DNA from: Bacillota bacterium
GTDB taxonomy: Bacteria; Bacillota; Clostridia; Christensenellales; CAG-138
Direction of reading: 5' to 3'
Length of the DNA stretch: 37,970 nt
Assembly (NCBI GenBank): GCA_023458355.1
Contig: JAEWZS010000041.1
Location: 1-37,970 of the forward strand
Of this stretch, positions 37,431 through 37,970 are shown piece by piece. Each line of letters starts with the position of its first letter. Position 1 is the stretch's first letter. Under the pieces are notes generated by a model. That model saw nothing but the letters and a program-made list of their open reading frames with translations, was not told the DNA's origin and did not search any database. The position numbers and the translations under genes were made by a program.

Positions 37431-37541
37431 ATGGATGGCAACCCTCGAAGTTTGATAAATAACTTCAATAATCCATGTGGAAATATAGACCAATGTGACG
37501 GTACTTATCGCGGACTGTTGTCCATTGCGATTTTATGCTGA
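37431..37541 (+). CDS. Candidate 36-aa leader peptide or small protein upstream of mgtA (MDGNPRSLINNFNNPCGNIDQCDGTYRGLLSIAILC)
   Basis: GAAAGGAAGTGA (37415-37426) matches the canonical SD at 11 of 12 positions, with a 7-nt gap before ATG 37431. TGA at 37539-37541. The ORF lies between the promoter and the leader terminator. Confidence 0.4.
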   Translation: MDGNPRSLINNFNNPCGNIDQCDGTYRGLLSIAILC

Positions 37542-37568
37542 TGGATTAAATCCCTTGGTATTTTTAGA

Positions 37569-37594
37569 CGCCGTCCTTTGGGGCGGCTTTTTTG
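37569..37594 (+). terminator. Intrinsic terminator inside the mgtA leader (attenuator)
   Basis: GCCGTCC-tttg-GGGCGGC is followed by TTTTTT. It ends about 50 nt before the mgtA start. Confidence 0.8.
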
Positions 37595-37646
37595 CTACAA
37601 TATTGTGTTTTCACTGGAGATACTAAAAAAGAAAGGAATGATTCCA

Positions 37647-37970
37647 GTGAACATCATCAACAGGAAAACTAAGGGTAGACAGATTCAAAAAAATAAGCAT
37701 GACACCGAGCTCAAGCTCCTTTCTTATGCTTTCCAAAAAGCGGAGGAATTGTTTGCAAATCTATCCTCTTCGCACACAGGGCTTACAAATCAAGAAGCTG
37801 AAAATAGGCAAGACGAATATGGGAAAAACGTCATTACTATAGGAAGCAAAAATACGATGCTGCACAGATTGGGAGAAGCGGTCGTTAATCCCTTTAACAT
37901 GATTTTATTGCTTGTTGCAGTTGTCACGTATTTTACGGATGTTGTAGCATCCAAAAAGCCGGACTATCTC
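37647..37970 (+). CDS. mgtA: Magnesium-translocating P-type ATPase (MgtA/MgtB-like), N-terminal fragment running off the window
   Basis: The frame is open from ATG 37638 / GTG 37647 to the window end and is absent from the ORF track because it has no stop. HTGLTNQEAENRQDEYGKNVI and VVNPFNMILLLVAVVTYFT resemble the E. coli MgtA N-terminus (YRNPFNILLTILGAISYAT, from memory). GAAAGGAA (37631-37638) favours the GTG 37647 start. Confidence 0.75.
   Translation, partial: MNIINRKTKGRQIQKNKHDTELKLLSYAFQKAEELFANLSSSHTGLTNQEAENRQDEYGKNVITIGSKNTMLHRLGEAVVNPFNMILLLVAVVTYFTDVVASKKPDYL

Noticed and set aside
37402-37646. I expected an M-box (ykoK) Mg2+ riboswitch upstream of mgtA. I also checked upstream of corA (35850-36138) and of the other P-type ATPase (26168-26440).
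   Set aside because: None of the conserved M-box core strings I can recall (GUUAGGUGAGGCUCC, UGGGUCAACAG, GUGCUAAAGCUC) is present on the relevant strand. A covariance-model scan is still needed to be sure.
26450-37970. The AT-rich right-hand block could be a mobile genomic island.
   Set aside because: There is no integrase, recombinase or transposase, no tRNA or tmRNA attachment site, and no flanking direct or inverted repeats that I could find. Only the compositional step is reported.

Overview
This 37.97-kb window reads like a chromosomal segment of a Gram-positive anaerobe, probably Clostridia-like. It has a T-box leader, near-consensus SigA promoters and GGAGG-type ribosome-binding sites. 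All calls rest on reading the sequence and ORF track by eye; no searches were run. I call about 38 protein genes.

Left part (1 to about 26.3 kb), mostly housekeeping:
- a uridine-kinase-family fragment, exonuclease III (xth) and a small membrane protein
- a Trp-type T-box leader driving a 3-gene ABC importer
- a glycerophosphodiester phosphodiesterase
- a minus-strand MFS / nitroreductase / small membrane protein operon
- a PatB/MalY-like C-S lyase plus L-asparaginase
- a MarR regulator plus lipoprotein
- glycogen phosphorylase, a ComEC-related MBL hydrolase and an ACP-like protein
- a complete nine-gene F-type ATP synthase operon (I-a-c-b-delta-alpha-gamma-beta-epsilon)
- a GNAT acetyltransferase, an SDR reductase and a P-type cation ATPase

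Right part (about 26.4 kb to the end), visibly more AT-rich:
- a flavodoxin-like protein and an HExxH protein
- a membrane diguanylate cyclase
- a hybrid sensor kinase with a periplasmic solute-binding domain
- a REC-PAS-PAS-(degenerate GGDEF)-EAL protein
- a TAG-interrupted ORF
- corA and the 5' end of an mgtA-like Mg2+ P-type ATPase

I saw no rRNA, tRNA, CRISPR array, transposase, integrase or recognisable defence gene, and no convincing novel multi-gene protein system.

The most interesting material is at the RNA and leader level:
1. corA and mgtA each carry a promoter, a very strong SD and a short upstream ORF. The corA peptide starts MEPGPS, reminiscent of enterobacterial MgtL. Neither leader has a recognisable M-box.
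2. The other P-type ATPase has a leader of about 270 nt, GC-rich and hairpin-rich, behind a perfect promoter bracketed by two TGCAnTGCA operator-like repeats.
3. An orphan structured intergenic element lies at 5.59-5.80 kb.
4. The ATP synthase has a 75-aa delta subunit, an N-terminally extended a subunit, and a c subunit with an incomplete Na+-binding signature.
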